DNA from: a virus
Taxonomy: Duplodnaviria > Heunggongvirae > Uroviricota > Caudoviricetes
Length of the DNA: 64,000 nt
Direction: 5' to 3' (one strand)
Virus record (IMG/VR): IMGVR_UViG_3300031873_001030
Shown: positions 1-7,672 of the stretch, piece by piece
Layout: every line of letters starts with the position of its first letter
Position numbering within the stretch: position 1 is the stretch's first letter
Notes under the pieces: generated by a model
The model's database searches: none
Told to the model about the DNA's origin: nothing
Seen by the model: only the letters and a program-made list of their open reading frames with translations
Position numbers and translations under genes: made by a program

Positions 1-73
1 GAAGAATTTGAAGACGGAGAATGGAGAGAATACTATAATGACGATAGTGAAGACATAATGGAGATGATAGATA

Positions 74-295
74 ATGGGAAATGAAGATGAATGGGATAAG
101 GTAAGGACAATATGTAAGGATTTGCTATACTTGGCTAAGATGAATGGATATGAGAAAGAATCCTTCTTTACATCTATGATTATACTGACAAACTTGAGGA
201 AGTCTTTGGATAGTGAAGATAATGTATGTATGCTTGAGGAAATGGAAAAGGAATTGAGGGAAGAGATACGTAGAAGGATAGGTGGATTTTCTTGA
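74..295 (+). CDS. hypothetical small acidic protein
   Basis: ORF track; co-oriented small-gene block; no recognisable motif. Confidence 0.4.
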   Translation: MGNEDEWDKVRTICKDLLYLAKMNGYEKESFFTSMIILTNLRKSLDSEDNVCMLEEMEKELREEIRRRIGGFS

Positions 296-371
296 GAGAG
301 GGATTTTGTAAAATAAAGAATGAGTATGCCTTCTGTTATTATTTTTCATTTGGACAGACTTATAATAGTCT

Positions 372-695
372 TTGTGGAAAGTTCAAGATAACTCCCACGA
401 AGAATGGATTTATAGTCAGAGAGAGGTGATACACGTATGTTTGAGGAAGAGGAAGAGATTGAAGAGAATGAGGAAGAAGAAGATGAAAAAGTGGAATGAC
501 AAGAAGTTAGTGAAAAATATAATGAAATACGAAGAAGGACTTATGGAAGACAAAGAAGTTGTGCTATTCTTTCAGTATCTTGTTGATATAGGAATGGCTT
601 GGACTTTACAAGGACACTATGGAAGGACTGCCCAATATCTTATTGACAGAGGATTTGTTGAAGACAAAAGAGGTAGGACGAATGTTGAACATTAA
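372..695 (+). CDS. small protein with C-terminal LVDIGMAWTLQGHYGRTAQYLIDRGF motif; start uncertain (in-frame ATGs at 468, 483, 522)
   Basis: ORF track. The C-terminal AW.LQG.YGR-type motif looks like a conserved phage/plasmid small-protein family (from memory, unverified). Basic low-complexity N-terminus. Confidence 0.5.
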   Translation: MWKVQDNSHEEWIYSQREVIHVCLRKRKRLKRMRKKKMKKWNDKKLVKNIMKYEEGLMEDKEVVLFFQYLVDIGMAWTLQGHYGRTAQYLIDRGFVEDKRGRTNVEH

Positions 696-697
696 AT

Positions 698-715
698 CAT
701 TAACATATGTTAATG
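698..715. repeat. 18-bp perfect palindrome CATTAACATATGTTAATG (core TTAACATATGTTAA at 700-713)
   Basis: Read directly; 5 nt after the stop of 372..695 and 25 nt before ATG 739. Confidence 0.95.
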
Positions 716-738
716 TAAAAAATATGGGATTGGTGTGA

Positions 739-975
739 ATGTTTGACGAGAAATGGATAGCTCATTTGGAGAAGGAACACAACGAGAGATGTTCTGATAG
801 GGATTTGAGAAAGAAGAATAAGATATATGAAGTTTCTAAAAAGTATGCTAAGGATTGTATCAAGTGTCAATATATCTGTGAGAGAAGCAATAATTTTCAA
901 TCCACGTTGAAAGAGTTGAAGAGAATGGGTTGGAAGATATATTTTCCTAAAGTGAGACAAACCAGAGGAGATTGA
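739..975 (+). CDS. hypothetical protein
   Basis: ORF track; bracketed by two copies of the TTAACATATGTTAA palindrome. Confidence 0.5.
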   Translation: MFDEKWIAHLEKEHNERCSDRDLRKKNKIYEVSKKYAKDCIKCQYICERSNNFQSTLKELKRMGWKIYFPKVRQTRGD

Positions 976-987
976 AATCTTATGTCA

Positions 988-1001
988 TTAACATATGTTA
1001 A
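988..1001. repeat. TTAACATATGTTAA palindrome
   Basis: Read directly; 13 nt after stop 975 and 38 nt before ATG 1040. Confidence 0.95.
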
Positions 1002-1039
1002 ACATTTTTTTTCTAGCGAACCAAACAGGAAGGTGTAGA

Positions 1040-1195
1040 ATGAAAAAGAAAAAAACATATTGGATAATTGATTGGTGTAATGTGGAAAATTGTAAAGTAG
1101 CATATACATTAACAGAAGCAAGAAAATTTGCGAAAGAATTATATGAAGATAGTTCTCGCGTAATCATATTTCAATATATAGAAGAAAAGAGTTAG
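1040..1195 (+). CDS. hypothetical small protein (track start 995 lies inside the palindrome; ATG 1040 preferred)
   Basis: AGGTG at 1031-1035 precedes ATG 1040; in frame with track ORF 995..1195. Confidence 0.45.
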   Translation: MKKKKTYWIIDWCNVENCKVAYTLTEARKFAKELYEDSSRVIIFQYIEEKS

Positions 1196-1206
1196 AGGTG
1201 TAGAAA

Positions 1207-1578
1207 ATGGGAATGTATAGTTCTACTGATTGGTGTGAATTGAAAGTGAAAAGGGGAAAGGAAATAGAATTTTTTGATTGGCTTAAGAGGAATGAAGATT
1301 GGAAAGAAGCGATAGAAGTATTGAATGGCGAAGTAGAGATACAAGTCAGTTGGAAGATTATAAGTTATTGGTATGACAGCTTCCTTGACGAACTTGAACA
1401 GCTTGCTGAATATATTACAGGAAAATGGATATTGCTTTATGAGACAGGAGAAAGCAAAGCCATAATAACATTTACAGAAGATGACGAAGTGAAGATAGAA
1501 GTTGGGGAAATGGATTATCACAAAATTGATATAGATGATTTGAGAAAGGAAAATATGAAAATGGAAAGGAGTGATTAA
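1207..1578 (+). CDS. hypothetical acidic protein
   Basis: ORF track; stop codon TAA lies inside palindrome 1575-1588. Confidence 0.55.
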   Translation: MGMYSSTDWCELKVKRGKEIEFFDWLKRNEDWKEAIEVLNGEVEIQVSWKIISYWYDSFLDELEQLAEYITGKWILLYETGESKAIITFTEDDEVKIEVGEMDYHKIDIDDLRKENMKMERSD

Positions 1579-1626
1579 CATATGTTAAGAGAGTCGGCGG
1601 ACCCTGAGTTGCTTAACATATGTTAA
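1575..1626. repeat. pair of TTAACATATGTTAA palindromes (1575-1588, 1613-1626) enclosing a 24-bp GC-rich insert
   Basis: Read directly; insert gagagtcggcggaccctgagttgc is 16/24 G+C. Confidence 0.95.
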
Positions 1627-1796
1627 GAAGCTTCATCCCGTTTCCATAGTAAATTTAAATACTATGGAAACTAATATTACATATGGTTAGATGGAAAAAA
1701 GATAGCCATATGATATTTGACAGCAACAATATCTATAATGATTTAGGTAATTGTTGGATTGACTTGAAAGCAAAGAAAAAAATGAGGTGATATGAA

Positions 1797-1886
1797 ATGC
1801 CTGTTGGAAGACCTAAAGGTTATAGTCCTAAGAGAGATAATCAGAAGTGGAACTATTGCCCAAATTGTGGGAAGAAAGTAAATTGA
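1797..1886 (+). CDS. 29-aa AT-hook (GRPKG) plus CxxC mini-protein
   Basis: GAGGTGA at 1784-1790 precedes ATG 1797; translation MPVGRPKGYSPKRDNQKWNYCPNCGKKVN; below the ORF-track size cutoff. Confidence 0.35.
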   Translation: MPVGRPKGYSPKRDNQKWNYCPNCGKKVN

Positions 1887-1905
1887 ACTAAAGAGGTAAT
1901 GAATT

Positions 1906-2094
1906 GTGAATTTGGAGAAGATTGTAAAGAAGATACAATTCCATAAAGAGATATTGATAAAGTTGAAGAATGATATGATTAAGAAGCATAGTCCTTTAGC
2001 TCCTGCGTATATAACTCATATACGTAGTTTGGAAGGTTTCTTGGCATATCTTGAAAAGGAGTTCAAAGCTATTGGAGAACAGAAAGAAGATTGA
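1906..2094 (+). CDS. hypothetical small protein
   Basis: ORF track; AGAGGT upstream. Confidence 0.45.
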   Translation: MNLEKIVKKIQFHKEILIKLKNDMIKKHSPLAPAYITHIRSLEGFLAYLEKEFKAIGEQKED

Positions 2095-2313
2095 TATGCT
2101 GAAAGGAAGTCTTTATAGATATTTCTTTTGTAAGGAAAAGAAAGAAAAAGAATATAGGTGTCCAAAATGCGATTGTATTTTGGAGATAGAGATAAAATGT
2201 GGACCCAAGTGATATTGATGAATAAATTACACGTAGATATATTTGGTATGGATATGGATTTTGTTAAATGTAATTCTATAAAAAATTCTCAGACAAGCGC
2301 TTCTGAAGACAAC

Positions 2314-2504
2314 TTAACATATGTTAAGAATTCAGCAGTACCTGCAGCAAGCAACTCATTAACATATGTTAAGTATCTCCATCGAATCATCCTTGGCAAA
2401 CGCCAGACCCAGGAACACAAGTCTTTAACATATGTTAATGTAATCATTGGCCGCATTGCCTCAAACAAGAAAGAAAATCCCAGTCGCCCATTAACATATG
2501 TTAA
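2314..2504. repeat. four-copy TTAACATATGTTAA array (2314, 2359, 2425, 2491) with unique 31-, 52- and 52-bp spacers
   Basis: Read directly. It produces mirror-image artefact ORFs 2158..2559(+) and 2289..2564(-) with repeated LTYV(N/K). Confidence 0.95.
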
Positions 2505-2641
2505 TAAGTTGGTGCCAGCAATTGCTTGGCAACCAACAGCATACAAAGTGATATTATGAATCATATTCCTTTCATATGAAGCAGATATGTGGAAAATATT
2601 TGATACAATAATAGAAGGGAGAAAAAATGAGTTAAAAAGAG

Positions 2642-2854
2642 ATGCGAATAATGAAAATATTTAATTACAACGTGAGCATAACAATAAAGAAAGATTATCC
2701 TAATTGTAAAGCTCCTATTCAAAAGAGATATAGAGAAAAAAAGAGGATGCGTGGTTTTTGTATAAATGGTGGATGTTGGAACAAAGTTGAAAATAACCGT
2801 TCCAAATGTCCAATCTGTATGGAAAAAGATAGGAAGAGATGGAAAGTGAGATAG
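2642..2854 (+). CDS. small Cys-rich (zinc-ribbon-like) basic protein
   Basis: ORF track; CKAP...CINGGC...CPIC cysteine pairs. Confidence 0.5.
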   Translation: MRIMKIFNYNVSITIKKDYPNCKAPIQKRYREKKRMRGFCINGGCWNKVENNRSKCPICMEKDRKRWKVR

Positions 2855-2867
2855 TTAGTGATTATTT

Positions 2868-3089
2868 GTGGACATAATAATTTCAACATTGATAGCATTT
2901 GGCTCTTTGGTATTGGCGATATTTTTCATACTTATTGCGAGGTGGGACGCAAACAAAGTGATAGATAAGTTGTATAGAGAGGAATATAAAGAGAGAAATA
3001 GGATTGATGCGAATGTTGTCAAATCACTTGTAGGGAACTTGAAACAGAAAAGAGATGATGAAATATCTAGTTCGGAATATACAAAATGA
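2868..3089 (+). CDS. small membrane-anchored protein
   Basis: ORF track; N-terminal hydrophobic helix IISTLIAFGSLVLAIFFILIA. Confidence 0.5.
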   Translation: MDIIISTLIAFGSLVLAIFFILIARWDANKVIDKLYREEYKERNRIDANVVKSLVGNLKQKRDDEISSSEYTK

Positions 3090-3209
3090 TTTTTAAGTAG
3101 CAACGTGTAATTATTAGATTAGTTAGATATAGAGGAGTGAAGGAAGTAACTAAAGAATCTCGTTTCTTTGGATATTTTCTTTAAGAATAAAGTATAATGG
3201 AGGTGGCAA

Positions 3210-3296
3210 ATGTCATTCTACGAAAGATTGGAGAGGAGAGCAAAAGCACTTAATGATATAATGTGGGGTTCAGACGATGAGACTGAAAGTGAATAA
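3210..3296 (+). CDS. 28-aa hypothetical peptide
   Basis: GGAGGTG at 3199-3205 precedes ATG 3210; weak. Confidence 0.3.
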   Translation: MSFYERLERRAKALNDIMWGSDDETESE

Positions 3297-3365
3297 CTCT
3301 ACTATTAATACTTTAGCAATTAATTATACTATAGGGACTTTAGGAGTTCCTATGGTATAAAAAAT

Positions 3366-3409
3366 CTAGGGGCTTTGTTCCTAGTTAGAAAGGGATATTC
3401 TTCCTTTCT
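3366..3409 (+). promoter_or_regulatory. two adjacent short hairpins (CTAGG..CCTAG; AGAAAGG..CCTTTCT) upstream of the 3441 operon
   Basis: Inverted repeats read directly. The second resembles hairpin 7673-7699 (GAAAGGG..CCCTTTC followed by ATAAAA). Confidence 0.5.
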
Positions 3410-3440
3410 AAAAATATGGTAAAAATAAGGTGATATATAA

Positions 3441-4010
3441 ATGAAGACAATAGAAGTAGAAATAAAAGGTCCTATTTTGCTGATGCATAATCCGAAGTCT
3501 ATGCTAGACCCACAGACTACTGGAACGAAATCATCAACTGCGAAATATGACTATAATGTCGAAGCAGAGAAGTCTGCTTACAAGACGAAAAAAAATGAAT
3601 TATATATTCCTGCCCAAGCTATGTTCAGTTCCACATTGAATGGAGCTTCTTTCAAGAAAGTAGGAAAATATACTGCCAAGAGCATTATAGCTGGCAATAT
3701 GAGAATAGAGCCAGAAGAAATCCTGATTCTAGATAGCAAAGGGAAAGTCATGACAAAATATGAGATAGACTTGAGGACTGTGGTTATTGCTCAAGGTAAG
3801 AAAAGAAACCGAATAGTCAGGGCAAGAGCTATGGTAAAGGATTGGAGTGCTAGATTCAGAATAGTCTATAACGACCAATTCATAGGCGACCCTGCTATAA
3901 TAGAAGATTGCTTGAAGGATGCAGGTTCAAGGATAGGTCTGTTGGAATACAGACCACAGACAAGTGGAAGCTACGGAACATTTGAGATAGTGAAATTCAA
4001 GGTGATATAA
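3441..4010 (+). CDS. hypothetical protein, translationally coupled to the ParB-like gene
   Basis: ORF track; AAGGTGA upstream; stop abuts ATG 4011. Confidence 0.65.
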   Translation: MKTIEVEIKGPILLMHNPKSMLDPQTTGTKSSTAKYDYNVEAEKSAYKTKKNELYIPAQAMFSSTLNGASFKKVGKYTAKSIIAGNMRIEPEEILILDSKGKVMTKYEIDLRTVVIAQGKKRNRIVRARAMVKDWSARFRIVYNDQFIGDPAIIEDCLKDAGSRIGLLEYRPQTSGSYGTFEIVKFKVI

Positions 4011-4895
4011 ATGGCACTATGGGATAGGGAAGAAAGAAAGCATACGGAAAATAAAGTATTGCCACTCAAGGATATAGTATTTGATGAGAACATATATCCA
4101 AGACAAAGTTCATGGTGGCAAACTTCGTATAAATATGCCGAAGAGATGAAAGCAGGCGCAAGGTTTCCTCCAATCACAGTAGGTTTTGTGAATGGAAGAT
4201 ACGTGCTTGTGGATGGGAAGCATAGGAATGACGCACTTCTGATGAATAAGGAGACACATACATCAGTAGTAGTTCTCTATGGTTACACTTTGGATGAACT
4301 CTATATTGAAGCTGTAAAACTCAATAGGGCTCACGGTGTAGGACTTACTTCTTTCGACAAGGTCAAGATAATCAAGAGACTTGAAGATATGAAATATTCA
4401 TTGGGAGACATAGCCACGATAGTCCAGATTCCTTTGGGAAGCATAGAGAAATTTGTAGCACAGAGGATTACGTTAAATCCATTAGGACAAGTCACAGTAT
4501 TGAAATCTCCTCTCAAGTTTATGGCAGGAGGAACTATAACGATGACTGACGAAGAGCAAGATACTCTAAGTGTGAGGAGTGAGATAAGTCTGGTAAATCA
4601 GATGACACAGATATTCTCAAATCCGAAGATGCTAAGGGTTGATATAACATTCGTTGATGCTATCGAGAAGCTTTACCAACTGATTCAAGATTTCCTCAAA
4701 GAACAGAAAATTTTGAATGGAGCTGGAAATACAATAGAAGAAGTTCCAAAAGAGAAAATATACAAGAAAAGAGGAAGACCTAAGAAAATCAAGACTGAAA
4801 GTGAGACTTCAGAACCAAAGAAAAAGGGAAGACCTAAAGGTTCTAAGAACAAGCTTAAAGAACTTGATGTCAGTAACGTCAAAGAACAAGCATAA
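4011..4895 (+). CDS. ParB/Srx-fold (ParB-like nuclease domain) protein with two C-terminal AT-hooks
   Basis: N-terminal LPLKDIVFDENIYPR ... RFPPITV ... YVLVDGKHR matches the ParB N-domain pattern (DGxHR). C-terminal KKRGRPKK and KKKGRPKGSK are AT-hook cores. Confidence 0.7.
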   Translation: MALWDREERKHTENKVLPLKDIVFDENIYPRQSSWWQTSYKYAEEMKAGARFPPITVGFVNGRYVLVDGKHRNDALLMNKETHTSVVVLYGYTLDELYIEAVKLNRAHGVGLTSFDKVKIIKRLEDMKYSLGDIATIVQIPLGSIEKFVAQRITLNPLGQVTVLKSPLKFMAGGTITMTDEEQDTLSVRSEISLVNQMTQIFSNPKMLRVDITFVDAIEKLYQLIQDFLKEQKILNGAGNTIEEVPKEKIYKKRGRPKKIKTESETSEPKKKGRPKGSKNKLKELDVSNVKEQA

Positions 4896-4944
4896 ATAGT
4901 TAATCAGTTAGACTTTATTTGGAAAGAATGAAGCAGGGTTTAGT

Positions 4945-5015
4945 GACAACGAACCTCAGAGATAGAACTTACTGATTCTTAGAATCAGTTGGTTCTTACT
5001 GCGAGGTTCGTTGTC
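4945..5015 (+). repeat. 71-nt imperfect-hairpin element, copy 1 (candidate structured RNA or DNA cruciform site)
   Basis: Outer 13-bp stem GACAACGAACCTC/GAGGTTCGTTGTC, inner stems AGAAC/GTTCT and ACTGATTCT/AGAATCAGT; 50 nt after the ParB-like stop. Confidence 0.8.
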
Positions 5016-5431
5016 ATAGTTCCTTCCCTCTTCATACTTTCTTTAATATTAGGGAATTTATAAAAACTGTAGGTTTTTATTATGAGATAAGGTTCGGTTG
5101 GGTCAGTTGGGGTGGGTTCCGTTCCGATATGGTATGGTAAGATTATATTTATTGGACGTGGTAGGATAGGGTAGGATGCGATATGGTATTGTTACTTGTT
5201 CCGATATGGTTCGGTGATTTGGGGTTAGGTTAGGTCTGTTCCGATAGGGCAAGGTATGGTATTTTATTTATTCGATACGGTTCGGTTTGGTGGGTTTGGG
5301 TTAGGCAAGATAAGATAGGGTTAGACAAGGTATCTTACTTTTGTATCCGATTGGGTAAGGTCTGGTAGTATTCGGTCCGTTGTGGTTAGGCACGATATGG
5401 TGTGGTAAGGTTTGACATTTATAGTCAGTCA

Positions 5432-5491
5432 TTAACATATGATAAAGAGTTGGACCCAGTGCACGGGTGGCATTCCATTAACATATGTTAA
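5432..5491. repeat. palindrome pair (5432-5445 TTAACATATGATAA with 1 mismatch; 5478-5491 perfect) enclosing a 32-bp GC-rich insert
   Basis: Read directly; insert agagttggacccagtgcacgggtggcattcca is 19/32 G+C. Confidence 0.9.
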
Positions 5492-5525
5492 TGAGAAAAG
5501 ATAAGAAATAATGTAAAATGATAAT

Positions 5526-5798
5526 ATGAAGAAGATAAAGGAAGAATTTTGCTTTCGCAGGAATGATACTAGAACTTCATATGATATGCAGAAAGGCTAT
5601 CTGATATATGGCAAGATTGATGACATTTATAATATCATCACTTACAATCTATTTGAGATGTGGAATACTACAAAGTGTTTTAAAAGGTTTAGGAAATTGT
5701 TCGTCACTACTTCAAATCACGAATGGATACATTATCTTGTTCCAGATATAAAAGATGGAAGTCTGATGAAGAAGATTGAAAATTGGTTTAACTGGTAA
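5526..5798 (+). CDS. hypothetical protein embedded in the GGTNN tract
   Basis: ORF track; bracketed by a 42-bp perfect direct repeat that contains the palindrome. Confidence 0.45.
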   Translation: MKKIKEEFCFRRNDTRTSYDMQKGYLIYGKIDDIYNIITYNLFEMWNTTKCFKRFRKLFVTTSNHEWIHYLVPDIKDGSLMKKIENWFNW

Positions 5799-5822
5799 AA
5801 TGTATCGTTAACCAAAATTCCA

Positions 5823-5836
5823 TTAACATATGTTAA
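5823..5836. repeat. TTAACATATGTTAA palindrome (within the 42-bp direct repeat 5817-5858 = 5472-5513)
   Basis: Read directly. Confidence 0.95.
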
Positions 5837-5881
5837 TGAGAAAAGATAAGAAATAATGAAAATCAAAAAGAGGTAAAAAAA

Positions 5882-5989
5882 ATGAGATACTATTGCCGAG
5901 AACATAAGGAAAGTTTTGAGACTACTGTCTGCTTTCTTCAACATGTTCTTAAGGAACACCATAGCATATTTGACATCACAAGTGAATAG
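5882..5989 (+). CDS. 35-aa Cys/His-containing peptide
   Basis: ATG 5882 lies 45 nt after the palindrome; translation MRYYCREHKESFETTVCFLQHVLKEHHSIFDITSE; below the track cutoff. Confidence 0.3.
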   Translation: MRYYCREHKESFETTVCFLQHVLKEHHSIFDITSE

Positions 5990-6151
5990 ATATTTATGTG
6001 ATGAGGTGGGGTCAAGTCAGGTCGGTTCTGGTTGCGATACTGACCTTATCACACCAAACCTCACCTTACCAGGGTTCGATAAGTTGTGATTTGGTAGGAT
6101 AGGGTAAAGTTATTTATATTTGAAACACGTAATTATATGTCAAGGAAGTCT

Positions 6152-6223
6152 GACAACAAACCTCAGAGTTGGAACTTTCTGGTTCTAAAAAATCACTTAG
6201 TTCTTTCTGCGAGGTTTGTTGTC
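6152..6223 (+). repeat. imperfect-hairpin element, copy 2
   Basis: Outer stem GACAACAAACCTC/GAGGTTTGTTGTC. Confidence 0.8.
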
Positions 6224-6949
6224 TTTGTATCGACTTTATCATTCGGTCAGGTAAGGCGGGTTCAGGTGGGGTATAGTTTCGGTTCGGTATGGTAGTTTGA
6301 CATTTATACGATACGGTAAGGTGAGGTTTGGAAGATAGTCTTTATGATTCGGTAAGGTGGGGTCAGTTGCGATTGTGTGAGGTTTGATTTGGTTTGGTCT
6401 GATTTGGTAGTTTGAGGCAAGGTAAAGTTAATTCCTTTTATATGATAAGGTATGGTCTAATTCGGTCTGGTTTGGTTGGATGGGCTACGTTCCGATAAGG
6501 TTCGGTATGGTAATATGACACTTATACGATTAGGTTCGGTCAGGTAAGGTTGGGTCAAATGCGATTAGGTAAGATGAGGTTCGGTCAGATACGGCAAGAT
6601 ATGGTATAATATTTATTCGGTTAGGTGAGGTCAGTTTAGGTCTGGTCTGATGTAGTTTGGCATGGTAGTATAACACTTATCGGTTTGGTTCGGTATGATG
6701 CGATATGGTCAGATTCGGTTTGATATGGTAGTATGACACTTATTGGTCAGGTTTAGTAGAATATGGTAAGGTTCGGTTCGATACGGTGGGATATGGTCAG
6801 TTAGGATTTGGAAAAGGAGAGAATAGTTTCAAGAAAGAATCAGCCCTTGGGTGAGTCCCTTGAAATGAAAAATGCCGCACCAGAGATGGTGATATTAGGT
6901 AAACTAATATAAATCAAGGTTCGAACCGTCCGTTAGGCAACGGTTCTCT

Positions 6950-7020
6950 GACAACAAACCTCAGAGTTAGAACTTACTGGTTCTTGAAATCAGTTGGTTC
7001 TTTCTGCGAGGTTTGTTGTC
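6950..7020 (+). repeat. imperfect-hairpin element, copy 3
   Basis: Outer stem GACAACAAACCTC/GAGGTTTGTTGTC; preceded by hairpin GAACCGT..ACGGTTC (6923-6946). Confidence 0.8.
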
Positions 7021-7201
7021 TTCCTCCAAAAAATTACTTATTCGATAGGGTAAGGATAGGTATGCTATGTCAGGGTCAGGTTTGGTTAGGTTTGATATGG
7101 TATGGTAAGGTAATTTAATACTTTTGCTTTGGTGCAATATGGTAATATTCGGTAGGGTATAATTCGGTGGGTTCCGTTAAGGTATGGTAAGGATTATATT
7201 T

Positions 7202-7321
7202 ATGAAATACGTATATAGGAATAGAGATGATGAAAGGGAACTTAAATTTGAAGTTCCAGATAGTATGTCAATAGCTGAAGCATTTGAATTTGCAGAAAGG
7301 AAATGCGCCAGCATGGAGTGA
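7202..7321 (+). CDS. 39-aa hypothetical peptide inside the GGTNN tract
   Basis: Only non-repetitive, protein-like composition in this part of the tract (MKYVYRNRDDERELKFEVPDSMSIAEAFEFAERKCASME); weak. Confidence 0.3.
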   Translation: MKYVYRNRDDERELKFEVPDSMSIAEAFEFAERKCASME

Positions 7322-7672
7322 TTATAATTTTTGGTCTGGTAGGGTGCGATTAGGTACGATTGGGTTTGGTCAGATAGGATATGATATGGACTATTGTAAT
7401 TTTCGGTTAGGTGCGGTTAGGTCTGGTTTGGTGCGTTCGAGGTGTGGTCAGATAGGATATGGAACTTTCATTCGTACTTTTCGGTAGGGCATTATTCGGT
7501 CCGATATGGTCTGGTCAATTCCGCTCTGGTTCGGTTAGATAGTGTATGGTGATATATGTTAAGTCGTGGTTTGGTTCGGTCTGGTAGAATGAGGTTTATC
7601 TTTTTTGATAGGCTATCGTTCGGTCTGGTGAGGTATGGTTCGGTAGGGTTCGGCAAGGTTTAATCCTTTTAG

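Noticed and set aside
2314-2504. Possible CRISPR array (repeat-spacer layout; a Cas4-like gene lies 8 kb away)
   Set aside because: The repeats are only 14 bp and fully palindromic. Spacer lengths vary from 23 to 52 bp across loci. Copies are scattered singly at gene boundaries. No cas1, cas2 or effector genes are present. Stand-alone Cas4-like nucleases are common in viruses and plasmids.
2158-2564. ORFs 2158..2559(+) and 2289..2564(-), 133 and 91 aa
   Set aside because: Both are read through the four palindromes and give the same LTYV(N/K) peptide on both strands. There is no protein-like composition between the repeats. They are artefacts of the palindrome array.
6836-6949. Possible tRNA or ncRNA at the GGTTCGAACC-containing unique island inside the tract
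   Set aside because: GGTTCGAACC is a simple palindrome. The neighbouring GAACCGT..ACGGTTC hairpin is real, but no cloverleaf or acceptor pairing could be built.
7284-7487. ORF 7284..7487 (67 aa) and other frames inside the GGTNN tract
   Set aside because: The Gly/Arg/Trp/Phe-rich translation directly mirrors the pentanucleotide repeat. Stops are frequent in all frames elsewhere in the tract.
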